Shown here: one piece after another, positions 37,280 to 46,441 of the stretch
Position numbering within the stretch: the stretch's first letter is position 1
Layout of the letters: each line of letters opens with the position of its first letter
Source: Candidatus Micrarchaeota archaeon
GTDB taxonomy: Archaea > Micrarchaeota > Micrarchaeia > Anstonellales > Bilamarchaeaceae
Reading direction: 5' to 3'
Assembly (NCBI GenBank): GCA_043827025.1
Contig: JBDRPL010000019.1
Span: 32,001-96,000, forward strand
Length of the DNA: 64,000 bases
Position numbers and translations under genes: made by a program
Notes under the pieces: generated by a model
The model's database searches: none
The model's input: the letters and a program-made list of their open reading frames with translations, nothing else
What the model was told of the DNA's origin: nothing

Positions 37280-38818
37280 ATGAAAAAAGGATTTTTCTTT
37301 GTCATAACTATTTTCCTGGTACTCGCGTATGTCCTCACTTCAGTTTCCATATGGGTAAAAACCACCAATGAATTGGAGAGGCAATACTCCGAGAAGCTCA
37401 GGGCCTCAAATGTTGATTATATCTTAGTAGGAGTGAGCGAAGAATACATGGCTCAGCTTGTAGACCAGATGGCATTCTATTCTCTTTTTAAGTTGGATTT
37501 GTATGTTGGTGAAGGCAATCCTGTTAATGCAGGCCCAGATGATAACGAAAACATTTATATTGAAAAAGTAATGCTGAATCTCATGGTCAATGGAAGCGCA
37601 GAGGGATCTTACTTTGCGAATGGCAATGGCCTTGAGATGGATACAAAGAATTTTTCGCTTTACACGTTCATAGACAGCATGAATGAATCGTTGAAGACCC
37701 TTGGAGTGGAGATTACCACCTATCGCGTAAGCAATGATTTCCCGATAGTACAAAAGGACTTCAAGTCCCTTGAATACACCCTTTCATTCGATCTTGTTTT
37801 CACAGACCTTTCAAATTCCCTTCAGATAAAGAAAAACTATGTTATAACTCGTCCTGTTTCGTTTGAAGGTTTTGCAGATCCCCTTATACTCAACGAAGGA
37901 AGAAAACTTGACAATCCAATGACAATAGAGAAATTTCATTACTATAATCTGGATTACAACAGCATGGATGATTTAAAGCCAACTGAAATAGCGATTGACA
38001 GACTTTCAACCCAAGGCCAAAGCTGGTTCTATGGGCCAGTTGTTTTTGCAGATCGTGCAAACACCATCCCTGCAGACAAGAGAAGGATGTATCTGCTTGC
38101 AGGAACTTACGATGAAATCATGTCTATGGATGATGCAGAATACAGGGAATTCGGCGCATATGTATTGACAAATGAACCAGAAGAGATTGATATTGGATGC
38201 GGAGAGCTCAAACAACAGATGGATACATTTAATCCTCTTACAAGAAAAGAAGATGGGGCTGCGTGTGAGCCTCAGATAAGCGGCGAAGTGTTGGATGCTT
38301 CATTTGCAGTGATACCTGACTTTTCGCTTGCAGATCTGAATGGCGAAAACTTTCAATGCCTTGACAATGAGTTGTGCGTGCTTTTTGCTAACAAATACAA
38401 TGCGGATGATATCAAAGCAGACCCATTGAAGAAACTTGAAGCAAATACTGTGGTTTATGGAATTGAAAAACTCAGGGATTTCGCGCTTTGCGGATATTTT
38501 ATCCACAATTCCGATTCGCCATCTTATTTACAAAGGCTTCTTGTAGATGGCTATTCAAAAAAGAGCGCGGACTTCGGAGTGGAGACGTTCCTGTTCGGAA
38601 AATCCGTATATGCTTCTGATCCGTCAGCTGATGTTTATGGAAAGATTGACAAGGAATTCATGAACCTTGAAAACGGAAGAACGATAAAAGGTATGCCAGG
38701 GTGCAAGACTCCTGGGCTATGCGAGGGAAATGATATCGGAAGGTTTTCAATAACGCAGGCGGATCTGCCTGACTATGGCATTATGGACCAGATGACCTGT
38801 GAAGGGGGATGCAGATGA
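37280..38818 (+). CDS. Large pilin-like protein, class III-type signal peptide
   Basis: MKKG/FFFVIT plus hydrophobic helix; acidic extracellular domain with Cys pairs. Confidence 0.72.
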   Translation: MKKGFFFVITIFLVLAYVLTSVSIWVKTTNELERQYSEKLRASNVDYILVGVSEEYMAQLVDQMAFYSLFKLDLYVGEGNPVNAGPDDNENIYIEKVMLNLMVNGSAEGSYFANGNGLEMDTKNFSLYTFIDSMNESLKTLGVEITTYRVSNDFPIVQKDFKSLEYTLSFDLVFTDLSNSLQIKKNYVITRPVSFEGFADPLILNEGRKLDNPMTIEKFHYYNLDYNSMDDLKPTEIAIDRLSTQGQSWFYGPVVFADRANTIPADKRRMYLLAGTYDEIMSMDDAEYREFGAYVLTNEPEEIDIGCGELKQQMDTFNPLTRKEDGAACEPQISGEVLDASFAVIPDFSLADLNGENFQCLDNELCVLFANKYNADDIKADPLKKLEANTVVYGIEKLRDFALCGYFIHNSDSPSYLQRLLVDGYSKKSADFGVETFLFGKSVYASDPSADVYGKIDKEFMNLENGRTIKGMPGCKTPGLCEGNDIGRFSITQADLPDYGIMDQMTCEGGCR

Positions 38819-39258
38819 AATCCATGAAGGGACAAATCTCTCTAGAAGTGCTTATTACACTTGGAGTTATACTGGCATTTTCGCTTCCAGTTTTATTTCT
38901 CATGCTCACTGTTTCCAATTACAGTTTTGAAAGTTCTGCGCTTCAGCAGGCTGATGCAACTGCAGGTATGCTTGCTGATTCGATAGAAGACGTGTATGCT
39001 CAGGGCCCTGGTGCAAAAAGGATGGTCCCTTTGAATGTGCCTTCAAATACAGAGCTTATCAGCGTCTCTGATGACAATGTCATGGTTCGCCTTAAAGTGA
39101 CTAATGGTTTTTATGATGCAGTGGTGTCCATATCTGCAAGGGCAAAAATAGCTGATGGTGTTACGCTTCCTAAAGGTCCTTTCGTTGCCATACTTGAAGT
39201 CAAGGAGACGGATGATCCAGTTACTGGTGAAAAATACTATGAGGTGGAAGTCAAATGA
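38815..39258 (+). CDS. Pilin-like protein, class III signal peptide
   Basis: MKG/QISLE plus hydrophobic helix. Confidence 0.8.
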   Translation: MKSMKGQISLEVLITLGVILAFSLPVLFLMLTVSNYSFESSALQQADATAGMLADSIEDVYAQGPGAKRMVPLNVPSNTELISVSDDNVMVRLKVTNGFYDAVVSISARAKIADGVTLPKGPFVAILEVKETDDPVTGEKYYEVEVK

Positions 39259-39746
39259 AAAATTCACGCGGTCAAGTCGCCATCGAATTCTTTGTCTATT
39301 CCGCAATGTTCTTGTTTGTAGTTGTTGCAGCTTATTTCCTGGTTAATTACATGCAGGAAAGCGAGATTCCACCTAAGGAAAATTCTCTTGTGGAAGAGGT
39401 CGGGCAATCTTTCGCTGACGCAGCTACACTTTCCGTGTATGGAGGAAAAGGTTTCACATATACATTCAGTTTCTCCAAATCTGTTCTTGGCAATAAATAT
39501 TATATTTCAATGTATGGTGACAAACTTGGGATAGATTCGAAGATGGGGAGTTCGGAATTCGGTTCAATTTACACTCTTCCAAAATATAATTATATCTATG
39601 AAGGTGATTGCTGGGATGACAGAGAAGGGGTAGACAAGGATAATAATCCAGTTGTAGCTAAGATTCTTGATGTTTCAAAATGCAAGAATTATCTTACATT
39701 TTCCAATGACGGAGATGTACTTACCATAACTTCAGAATTAGGTTGA
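39255..39746 (+). CDS. Pilin-like protein, class III signal peptide
   Basis: SRG/QVAIE plus hydrophobic helix; ATGA overlap with the previous gene. Confidence 0.8.
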   Translation: MKNSRGQVAIEFFVYSAMFLFVVVAAYFLVNYMQESEIPPKENSLVEEVGQSFADAATLSVYGGKGFTYTFSFSKSVLGNKYYISMYGDKLGIDSKMGSSEFGSIYTLPKYNYIYEGDCWDDREGVDKDNNPVVAKILDVSKCKNYLTFSNDGDVLTITSELG

Positions 39747-39751
39747 TTCTT

Positions 39752-40300
39752 ATGACAATGAAAGGACAATATTTCAGTTTCGATGCGATTGTTGCTTCAG
39801 TGATATTCATTTTGGCAATTGTCTCGCTCTTATCCTATTGGGATAGCATAAGGTCCAACCTCGATTTCCAGAACAGCGACGTTTCAAGGGAAGCTTTTAG
39901 GGTTTCAGAAGCTCTTCTCAAAGAAAAGATTTCTGTAACTAATGTTGCCAATTGCGATGGAATAAAAGCACCAGGGGCAAGGCTTGGTTTTGCAGGTTAT
40001 GATGGGCGCATAAACTGGACAATTGTCCAATGTGCGAATGATTATATTACTGATGATGAGCCTGCACTGAAGTCTTTGCTGAGCACAGGCTATGGCGTCA
40101 CAATAATCTTTCACAAAGGGGATGTAGATGACACCAAACTGGCAGAGATAGGCACGCCTATGACAGATGCATTCAGGGCATCACTTAGGGAAGTTTACAA
40201 GGTCAGGAGAATCGTTCCTGTTGTTGACGCAGAAGGCCCTAGAGAAACAGACGAACGCACCTACAGCGTAAATTATATGGATCTGTATCTTTACCGTTAA
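39752..40300 (+). CDS. Pilin-like protein, class III signal peptide
   Basis: MKG/QYFSFD plus hydrophobic helix. Confidence 0.75.
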   Translation: MTMKGQYFSFDAIVASVIFILAIVSLLSYWDSIRSNLDFQNSDVSREAFRVSEALLKEKISVTNVANCDGIKAPGARLGFAGYDGRINWTIVQCANDYITDDEPALKSLLSTGYGVTIIFHKGDVDDTKLAEIGTPMTDAFRASLREVYKVRRIVPVVDAEGPRETDERTYSVNYMDLYLYR

Positions 40301-40386
40301 GCAGTAATCTCACACTTCTTAGGCTTTACGAAATTCTTCATTTAATGTAAACCTAGAGGATTATAAAAAGAAAATAAAAGAAAAAC

Positions 40387-41835
40387 CTAATTCGTCTTGG
40401 TCATTATGTTCAGGTTCTGTGGCTTCTTGTTCACATTGCCTATCTTTATTCCGATCAACGTAGTAACGCCCTTGTTTGCAGCAAGGTCAACAAGCCTCTG
40501 CGTTATGATGCCATCGAAAACAATTGCATGCACGCTGCTGATTTCCTCAAGCGATTTTATGACATCCCTTACAGGCACTTCTTTTATTGTTTCAAGGTTT
40601 TGGTTGTAGAACCTTGCCCTGAGAGTATTGTTGAGTTCGTCAAGCTCTGCAACAAGCTCAGTCACGTTGCTGAATTTCTTTGCAGGCTTTGCCACCTCTA
40701 CGTTCTCAGGCTCCACGACGATTTTCCTCTGGACACTCTCCCTTGAGATAATGGGCATTATTATCTTCTTTTCCACAGTCGTCCTTTGCTGGATGCTTGC
40801 CTGAGGAACTATAATAGGTTTTCTCGTGTCCCTTTCAGGCCTTCTTTCCGGCTGTCTTTCAAACTGCCTTTCTTGTGGTCTTTCATATTTTTCAACAGGC
40901 CTTTCCCTTCTCTCAAATTTTTCAGCAGGTTTTTCGCCTTGGTATTCTCTTTCGAATTCAACCCTTTCATTCTGGCGTTCATTCTGCTGGCTGTTCTGCC
41001 TGCTTCGGGAATCTTGTCCTTGTTCACAAGATACCTTGCTTCTTAGGCATTTTATGAGCTCCTTTCTTGTGAGTTCCTCGACTTCCTTGCCAGTTGGAGC
41101 TCTTGCGATATATTCAATATCTACACCACCACTGAGCAATTCGTTCAGGATTATATCTCCGCCCCTGTCTCCGTCAAGGAAAACTGTGATTTCCTTTTCC
41201 TTTGAAAGTTTGATAATTGATTTTGGAACCCTTGCACCCTGTATTGCAACCACGTTTGGCACATCGTTTTTCAGGAGGTTTATCACGTCTGCCCTTCCTT
41301 CTACAATGATTATGTCCTTATATCTCTGAAGGTTAGGTCCGGCAGGCAGATTATCTGGCCCGTATTGGGTGATTTCAGCTGTCTTTACCTCGTCTCTTAC
41401 GATGTCTGAGATTTCCCTTGATTCAGGTATTTCCGTATTGAGCAAGGTCTTCAATATGTCCTTTGCCCTTTCCACAAGTACCTTTCTCTTTACATTTCTG
41501 GTATCTTCAACCCTTGTGACTGCAATCTTTGCTTCGCATGGCCCTACTCTATCCACTGTTTCCAATGAGGCTGCGATTATACAGGTCTCAACCATGTCAA
41601 GGCTGCTTGGTATTTTTATGATTCCAATAGTCTTGCCGTTTCTTGGGTTAAGGTCAACCTCTATCCTTCCTATCCTTCCGTTCTTCTGAAGGTCTCTGAG
41701 GTCCAATTCATCCCCGAGTAGACCCTCTGTCTGTCCGAATATAGCACCTACTACATCTGGCTTTTCAACCAAGCCAGTGATCTCGACATCTGAATATACT
41801 ACGTATTTTACTGTATCTATGTATGTTTTTGCCAT
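40387..41835 (-). CDS. dnaG: Archaeal DnaG (exosome-associated, primase-like)
   Basis: VEKPDVVGAIFGQTEGLLG, Toprim IIVEGRADV and FLDGDRGG, C-terminal VFDGIITQRLVD. Confidence 0.96.
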   Translation of the reverse strand: MAKTYIDTVKYVVYSDVEITGLVEKPDVVGAIFGQTEGLLGDELDLRDLQKNGRIGRIEVDLNPRNGKTIGIIKIPSSLDMVETCIIAASLETVDRVGPCEAKIAVTRVEDTRNVKRKVLVERAKDILKTLLNTEIPESREISDIVRDEVKTAEITQYGPDNLPAGPNLQRYKDIIIVEGRADVINLLKNDVPNVVAIQGARVPKSIIKLSKEKEITVFLDGDRGGDIILNELLSGGVDIEYIARAPTGKEVEELTRKELIKCLRSKVSCEQGQDSRSRQNSQQNERQNERVEFEREYQGEKPAEKFERRERPVEKYERPQERQFERQPERRPERDTRKPIIVPQASIQQRTTVEKKIIMPIISRESVQRKIVVEPENVEVAKPAKKFSNVTELVAELDELNNTLRARFYNQNLETIKEVPVRDVIKSLEEISSVHAIVFDGIITQRLVDLAANKGVTTLIGIKIGNVNKKPQNLNIMTKTN

Positions 41836-41859
41836 AAAATTTACCTCCTAAATTTTAAT

Positions 41860-41881
41860 ATTGACCGAAGGTTCGGTCAAT
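41860..41881. repeat. Perfect inverted repeat upstream of the dnaG RBS
   Basis: ATTGACCGAA-GG-TTCGGTCAAT. Confidence 0.6.
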
Positions 41882-41893
41882 GCCATATACTAC

Positions 41894-42298
41894 CTAATTT
41901 TTCATATTTTCTTCCATAAACTTTTTGTACTTTCTGTACATTTCCTCGAAATACTTGAGTCTTAGGATATGGGCCAGTCTTGACCTTGTTTCAGTATCTG
42001 GCTTAACTCCATATCCCTCCAATGTCTCGGATGCCCTTTTGAGCATTTCGAATCCTCTTCTATCCATATCGGTAAGTATAACAACTTCCGCTTCTTGTTT
42101 TGCCCTCTCACAGCTAATCCTCAGGTTTCCAGAGATGGTCAGCACTCTGCTGTTGTCACAGCCCATCCTTACAAGGGCCTCCTTGTCTCTTTTACCTTCA
42201 ACGAATATCATCTTGCTTTTCAGCCTCTCTATTATCCTATCCAGTTCCTTGGCTAATAATGCCTTGAACTTTGGATTTGACGGATTGTTCATTTCCAT
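41894..42298 (-). CDS. Stand-alone Toprim-domain protein
   Basis: IFVEGKRDKEAL and VILTDMDRRG. Confidence 0.85.
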   Translation of the reverse strand: MEMNNPSNPKFKALLAKELDRIIERLKSKMIFVEGKRDKEALVRMGCDNSRVLTISGNLRISCERAKQEAEVVILTDMDRRGFEMLKRASETLEGYGVKPDTETRSRLAHILRLKYFEEMYRKYKKFMEENMKN

Positions 42299-42500
42299 TT
42301 ACCTCTAGGATCTTGTTCCTGCCTTTCAGGCCTCTTAGAATCCTGACTTCCATCCCTAACATTTTCGAAAGATTCAGGATTATCTCACGGTTGACAAGGC
42401 CTTTCTCTGCCTCGTTCTTGCACCTTATCTGCAAGACATTTTCCTTCAGGCTCAGTGAAAACTTTCCTGAATTCGGAAAAACCCTTGCATTGATTTTCAT
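42237..42500 (-). CDS. DUF167/UPF0235 (YggU-like) protein
   Basis: RVFPNS...AEKGLVNREII...VRILRGLKGRNKILEV pattern. Confidence 0.75.
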   Translation of the reverse strand: MKINARVFPNSGKFSLSLKENVLQIRCKNEAEKGLVNREIILNLSKMLGMEVRILRGLKGRNKILEVNGNEQSVKSKVQGIISQGTG

Positions 42501-42607
42501 CCCTTTCTCTCCTAGGACCGCTCAAAACTAGATATCGAATTCTGTGCATTGTTGACCCACACCTCATCGCTTAAAGCTAGGTTGGCCATCCATGCACAGC
42601 TTCATGA

Positions 42608-43039
42608 TTAATGAAGCGCTGCTTTTTCTTCTATCAAATCAATGACTGAAGGAAATATTCTCATAATATCTCCTTCGCTTAGTATGCCTATGAGTTCGTT
42701 TTTTTCATTTACAACAGGCAAACGCTTTACCCTGTTCTCTTTCATAGCTGTTGCCGCTTCCTCGAGCGTGGTATTTGGTTTCACCACCCTAAGGGGCTTT
42801 GACATTATGTCCTTGGCTTTCAATGAATATACCTCTTTCTTGTTTGCAATCACTTTGTATATTATGTCTCTTTCGGTGATTATTCCCTTTGCGGTTTTGT
42901 TAGGGTTTCCCTCAACAACTATGATAGAGCCAACATTATGCTTCTTCATTAATTTTGCAACTGATTCGATACCGTCTTCAGTAGACAATGTAACTACTAC
43001 TTTCGTCATTACGTCCCCTACCTTTAAGTCGGATCCCAT
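42608..43039 (-). CDS. CBS-pair protein
   Basis: VGDVMT, GIITERDI, VKRLPVV, IGILSEGDI. Confidence 0.92.
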   Translation of the reverse strand: MGSDLKVGDVMTKVVVTLSTEDGIESVAKLMKKHNVGSIIVVEGNPNKTAKGIITERDIIYKVIANKKEVYSLKAKDIMSKPLRVVKPNTTLEEAATAMKENRVKRLPVVNEKNELIGILSEGDIMRIFPSVIDLIEEKAALH

Positions 43040-43098
43040 GATTATTGTTAGTGAGGAAAAGTTTATAAAGCTCAGCTAATCGCTGATGCTTTAATTTT

Positions 43099-43389
43099 TT
43101 AATCAAATCTGCTGACTCTTATTTTTACTGGAGGTTTTGATATTTCTTCATGATAGCCAAGTGCCATTTCAATTGCATTTGCAAAAGGGGCCAATGCTCT
43201 GTCAAGAACATTTGGGGGCCTCACAAAGTTCGGCATTCTCTCGATTTTTTTCAAAAGCCTGTCCAAAATAGGAGTCGCTTCCTTTCCTCCATTTCTTATT
43301 CTTATTCTGCGGACAGTTACTCTTGTTCTTGCTAATTGAGCTCTATTGTCAAGTTGAACACCTAATCTGCCAAATATTGTTTGTTTCAA
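43099..43389 (-). CDS. Small Arg-rich hypothetical protein
   Basis: TTG start with AAGGTGA RBS and the duplicated promoter module upstream. Confidence 0.55.
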   Translation of the reverse strand: MKQTIFGRLGVQLDNRAQLARTRVTVRRIRIRNGGKEATPILDRLLKKIERMPNFVRPPNVLDRALAPFANAIEMALGYHEEISKPPVKIRVSRFD

Positions 43390-43423
43390 TCAAATCACCT
43401 TGTGTTTTATTATTGTTGAGTTA

Positions 43424-43460
43424 CTTTTTAAACCTTCCCTTTTAACCTCTTTTTACAACA
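43424..43460 (-). promoter_or_regulatory. 37-bp duplicated promoter module, copy 1
   Basis: 34/37 identical to 48141-48177; contains TTTAAAAA on the minus strand. Confidence 0.7.
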
Positions 43461-43653
43461 CTTTCGTTCGAAAGCACGTATTTTGTCCAATCCATGTAAT
43501 CAGGTGTTTCACAAAATGGGTTTTATGAAAGGGATTGTTTCACAAAAAAGAGGGTTTCCAAGGTTTTATAAGGCAAACCTGCTCCAAGTTCATGCTTAAT
43601 ATGTAATGCACAAATTTATATACTTTTGTGCAGTATAATGTAATGTGATATTC

Positions 43654-44904
43654 ATGATAAGGGATATACTATTGATACAAAAACGTGAATTGGAAAAAAG
43701 GTTGGCTGAAACCTATGTTAAACGAGATGCAATTATGAAGAATGTGGCCAGCGGCTTGATTACGGTAATCATTGGCCCTAGAAGGGCAGGAAAATCCTTC
43801 TTTTGCATTCATGTATTAAATAGCTTGGGCAAGTTTGGGTATGCAAATTTTGACGATGAAAAATTAGTCGAAACTGAAAATTATGATGAGATACTCGATT
43901 CCATACTCTCTCTTTACAACAATCCAGAATATATCCTGCTTGATGAGGTCCAGAATCTTGATAAATGGGAACTGTTCGTCAACAGGCTTCAAAGGCAAGG
44001 GCAGAAGCTCATCATTACTGGAAGCAACTCCCATCTACTAAGCAAAGAACTTGCAACACATCTTACTGGAAGGCACCAATTGGTCAGTATTTTTCCTTTT
44101 TCGTTTAAAGAGTTCCTGATGTTCGAAAACAAGGAATTGACCGAAAACGAAACCCGGGAAAAACTCAGGAATTATCTTCTTTATGGCGGGTATCCCGAAC
44201 CATTGATAAAGAAACTGGATTACAAGGATTATCTTTCAACTCTGTTTACTTCAATAGTGTACAAAGACATTGTAAAAAGATTTAAACTTAGGTCGCCTCA
44301 GGCAATTGAAGACCTTTCAGTTTATCTTATTTCGAATGTGTCAAAGGAATTCTCTTATAACTCCCTGAGCAAGGTTAGTGGGTGCAAAAGCGTTCACACT
44401 GTTGAAAAATACCTTTCTTATCTTGAAGAGGCGTTTATCTTTTTTAGGTTGGACAGATTTTCATTTAAAGTGAAAGAGCAACTAGCTTCAAACAAAAAGA
44501 TATACTGTACGGATACTGGGTTTATTCATGCCAAGGCCTTTAGAGTCAGCGAGGACATGGGAAAATTATATGAAAATGCAGTTGCAATAGAGCTTAAAAA
44601 ACGCGAAATCTCCGAGAATGTTAAAATATATTACTGGAAAAACGCTCAGCAGGAAGAGGTTGACTTCATTGTTAGGGAAGGTCTGCGAGTAATCCGGCTT
44701 ATTCAGGTTTGCTATGACTTGGCTGAAACACGGACAAAGGAAAGGGAAACAAGGGCACTGCTAAAAGCAAGTCAGGAACTTAAATGCACGAATCTTTTTG
44801 TTATAACTGAAAAGTATGAGGCTGAAAAGGAAATCGAATGGTTTGGCATAAAAGGTAAAATAAGATATGTTCCGCTCTGGAAATTTTTGCTTAATCCGTT
44901 TTAA
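43654..44904 (+). CDS. AAA_14 plus DUF4143 ATPase
   Basis: GPRRAGKS, LLDEVQN, ITGSNS, LTGR, YGGYP, KKIYCTDTG, LYENAV, EVDFIV. Confidence 0.92.
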   Translation: MIRDILLIQKRELEKRLAETYVKRDAIMKNVASGLITVIIGPRRAGKSFFCIHVLNSLGKFGYANFDDEKLVETENYDEILDSILSLYNNPEYILLDEVQNLDKWELFVNRLQRQGQKLIITGSNSHLLSKELATHLTGRHQLVSIFPFSFKEFLMFENKELTENETREKLRNYLLYGGYPEPLIKKLDYKDYLSTLFTSIVYKDIVKRFKLRSPQAIEDLSVYLISNVSKEFSYNSLSKVSGCKSVHTVEKYLSYLEEAFIFFRLDRFSFKVKEQLASNKKIYCTDTGFIHAKAFRVSEDMGKLYENAVAIELKKREISENVKIYYWKNAQQEEVDFIVREGLRVIRLIQVCYDLAETRTKERETRALLKASQELKCTNLFVITEKYEAEKEIEWFGIKGKIRYVPLWKFLLNPF

Positions 44905-45138
44905 TTGCAGATGCCTTTGCTTTGTCCGGAAGAACTTCCCAGCCTTTCGGATCCACTGTTCTCGGGCCTTCGATCCTTATCAGATAGTTCTGGAGGATCG
45001 CCACCCTTAGCATTGTAAGAGTCTGTTTCTGTTCTGGAGATAGCCTTTTTCCATTCATTCGTAAGCATGTCATCTAAATAACCTTTCAATAACAGTGTAT
45101 GCTTAATCTTTTATTCCCTATGTTCCAATACCTTTTCC

Positions 45139-46419
45139 ATGTATCGTAATCATTATATTTCAGATGTCAAACCTGGCAAGGGCATCAAAGTCGCAGGCTG
45201 GGTTCACGAGATAAGGGATAAGGGCAAGCTCAAATTTGTCATTCTAAGGGATAAGACTGGCCTTTTGCAGATTGTCTTAAAGACAGGTGTCGTTCCAGAC
45301 AAATTAATGGCATTGCAATTCAACAAGGAAGACGTTGTATGTTTCGAAGGTGAAGTAAAGGAAAGCAAGATTGCTCCTGGCGGAATGGAGATGGTGCCAA
45401 CTGATGGCGAAATACTAAACAAAGTGCAGCTTCAGCTTCCTGTTGACCCAACCGATTTAGTCCCTTCTGAATTCGATACTAAATTAGATTATCGATATAT
45501 CGACCTAAGGCGTGCCCAAACTACTGCAATCTTCAACATCAAGTCAACTGTTGCAAATGCCTTCAGAAGTTACTTGTATTCAAAAGGCTTCACTGAAATC
45601 CAAACCTCTGCAATCACAGGGGCAGCAACAGAAGGTGGTGCAGATGTCTTTCAGCTTAAATATTTCGAGACAAATGCATACTTGGTTCAATCACCGCAAT
45701 TATACAAACAGCTTGCAGTAATTGGTGGATTCGATAAAGTTTTCATGACAGTGCCAGTCTTCAGGGCAGAAAAACATAATACTACAACTCATCTTAATGA
45801 AGTTTTCCAGATGGATGTTGAAATTGGTTTTGCTGACCATAATGAAGCAATGGACGTATTGGAAGCTGTAGTATTGTCAATGCTTTCAGAAGTTCAAGAG
45901 AAGAACGGAAAGGACCTCAAAACATTGGGCGTCGAAGTAAAGATTCCGAAAAAGGTTCCAAGATATTCGTATGCTGAATTGATTGAGAAGCTCCAGAAAG
46001 CAGGCGACCCAATTAAATGGGGCCATGATTTCTCAAAGGAGAATGAGAAGCAGATGTATGAAATTTTAGGTGAAGACCTATTCTTCATTTATGACTGGCC
46101 AACTGAGATTCGCGCATTCTATTCAATGCCTACAACGGACCCAAAGATATGCCATGCATTTGACCTGATGTATAAAGGTTTGGAAATATCTTCAGGTGCA
46201 ATGAGAATACACAAGCCTGAAATTTTAGAAGATCAGATTAGAAAAAGAGGCCTTAAGGTCGAGGATTTTAAGTTCTATCTTGATGCCTTCAAACTTGGAG
46301 CTCCGCCCCATGCAGGCTGGTCTATAGGGTTGGAAAGATTCACAATGAAGCTCTGTAACTTAGAAAATATAAGGCAGGCAACATTGTTCCCAAGGGACAG
46401 AACGAGATTGCATCCGTAA
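45139..46419 (+). CDS. aspS: Aspartate--tRNA ligase, archaeal type, with non-discriminating signature
   Basis: MYRNHY, GWVHEIRD, QSPQLYKQ, FRAEKHNTTTHLNE, EISSGAMRIH, PPHAGWSIGLER, FPRDRTRLHP. Confidence 0.95.
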   Translation: MYRNHYISDVKPGKGIKVAGWVHEIRDKGKLKFVILRDKTGLLQIVLKTGVVPDKLMALQFNKEDVVCFEGEVKESKIAPGGMEMVPTDGEILNKVQLQLPVDPTDLVPSEFDTKLDYRYIDLRRAQTTAIFNIKSTVANAFRSYLYSKGFTEIQTSAITGAATEGGADVFQLKYFETNAYLVQSPQLYKQLAVIGGFDKVFMTVPVFRAEKHNTTTHLNEVFQMDVEIGFADHNEAMDVLEAVVLSMLSEVQEKNGKDLKTLGVEVKIPKKVPRYSYAELIEKLQKAGDPIKWGHDFSKENEKQMYEILGEDLFFIYDWPTEIRAFYSMPTTDPKICHAFDLMYKGLEISSGAMRIHKPEILEDQIRKRGLKVEDFKFYLDAFKLGAPPHAGWSIGLERFTMKLCNLENIRQATLFPRDRTRLHP

Positions 46420-46441
46420 CAACTGGTAGAATGGTGTAGAT

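Noticed and set aside
40305..40365. Imperfect hairpin between the pilin operon and dnaG
   Set aside because: Adequately explained as a terminator region between convergent genes.
42237..42298. 62-bp overlap of the DUF167 and Toprim genes as a frameshift or fusion
   Set aside because: Both domains look complete and the Toprim gene has its own GAGGT RBS.
42542..42599. SECIS element
   Set aside because: Internal loop is GGA rather than GAA, and no adjacent gene shows an in-frame TGA.
44891..45089. Two overlapping ~60-aa minus-strand ORFs between the DUF4143 gene and aspS
   Set aside because: One may be real, but I cannot choose a frame; no motif or clear RBS.
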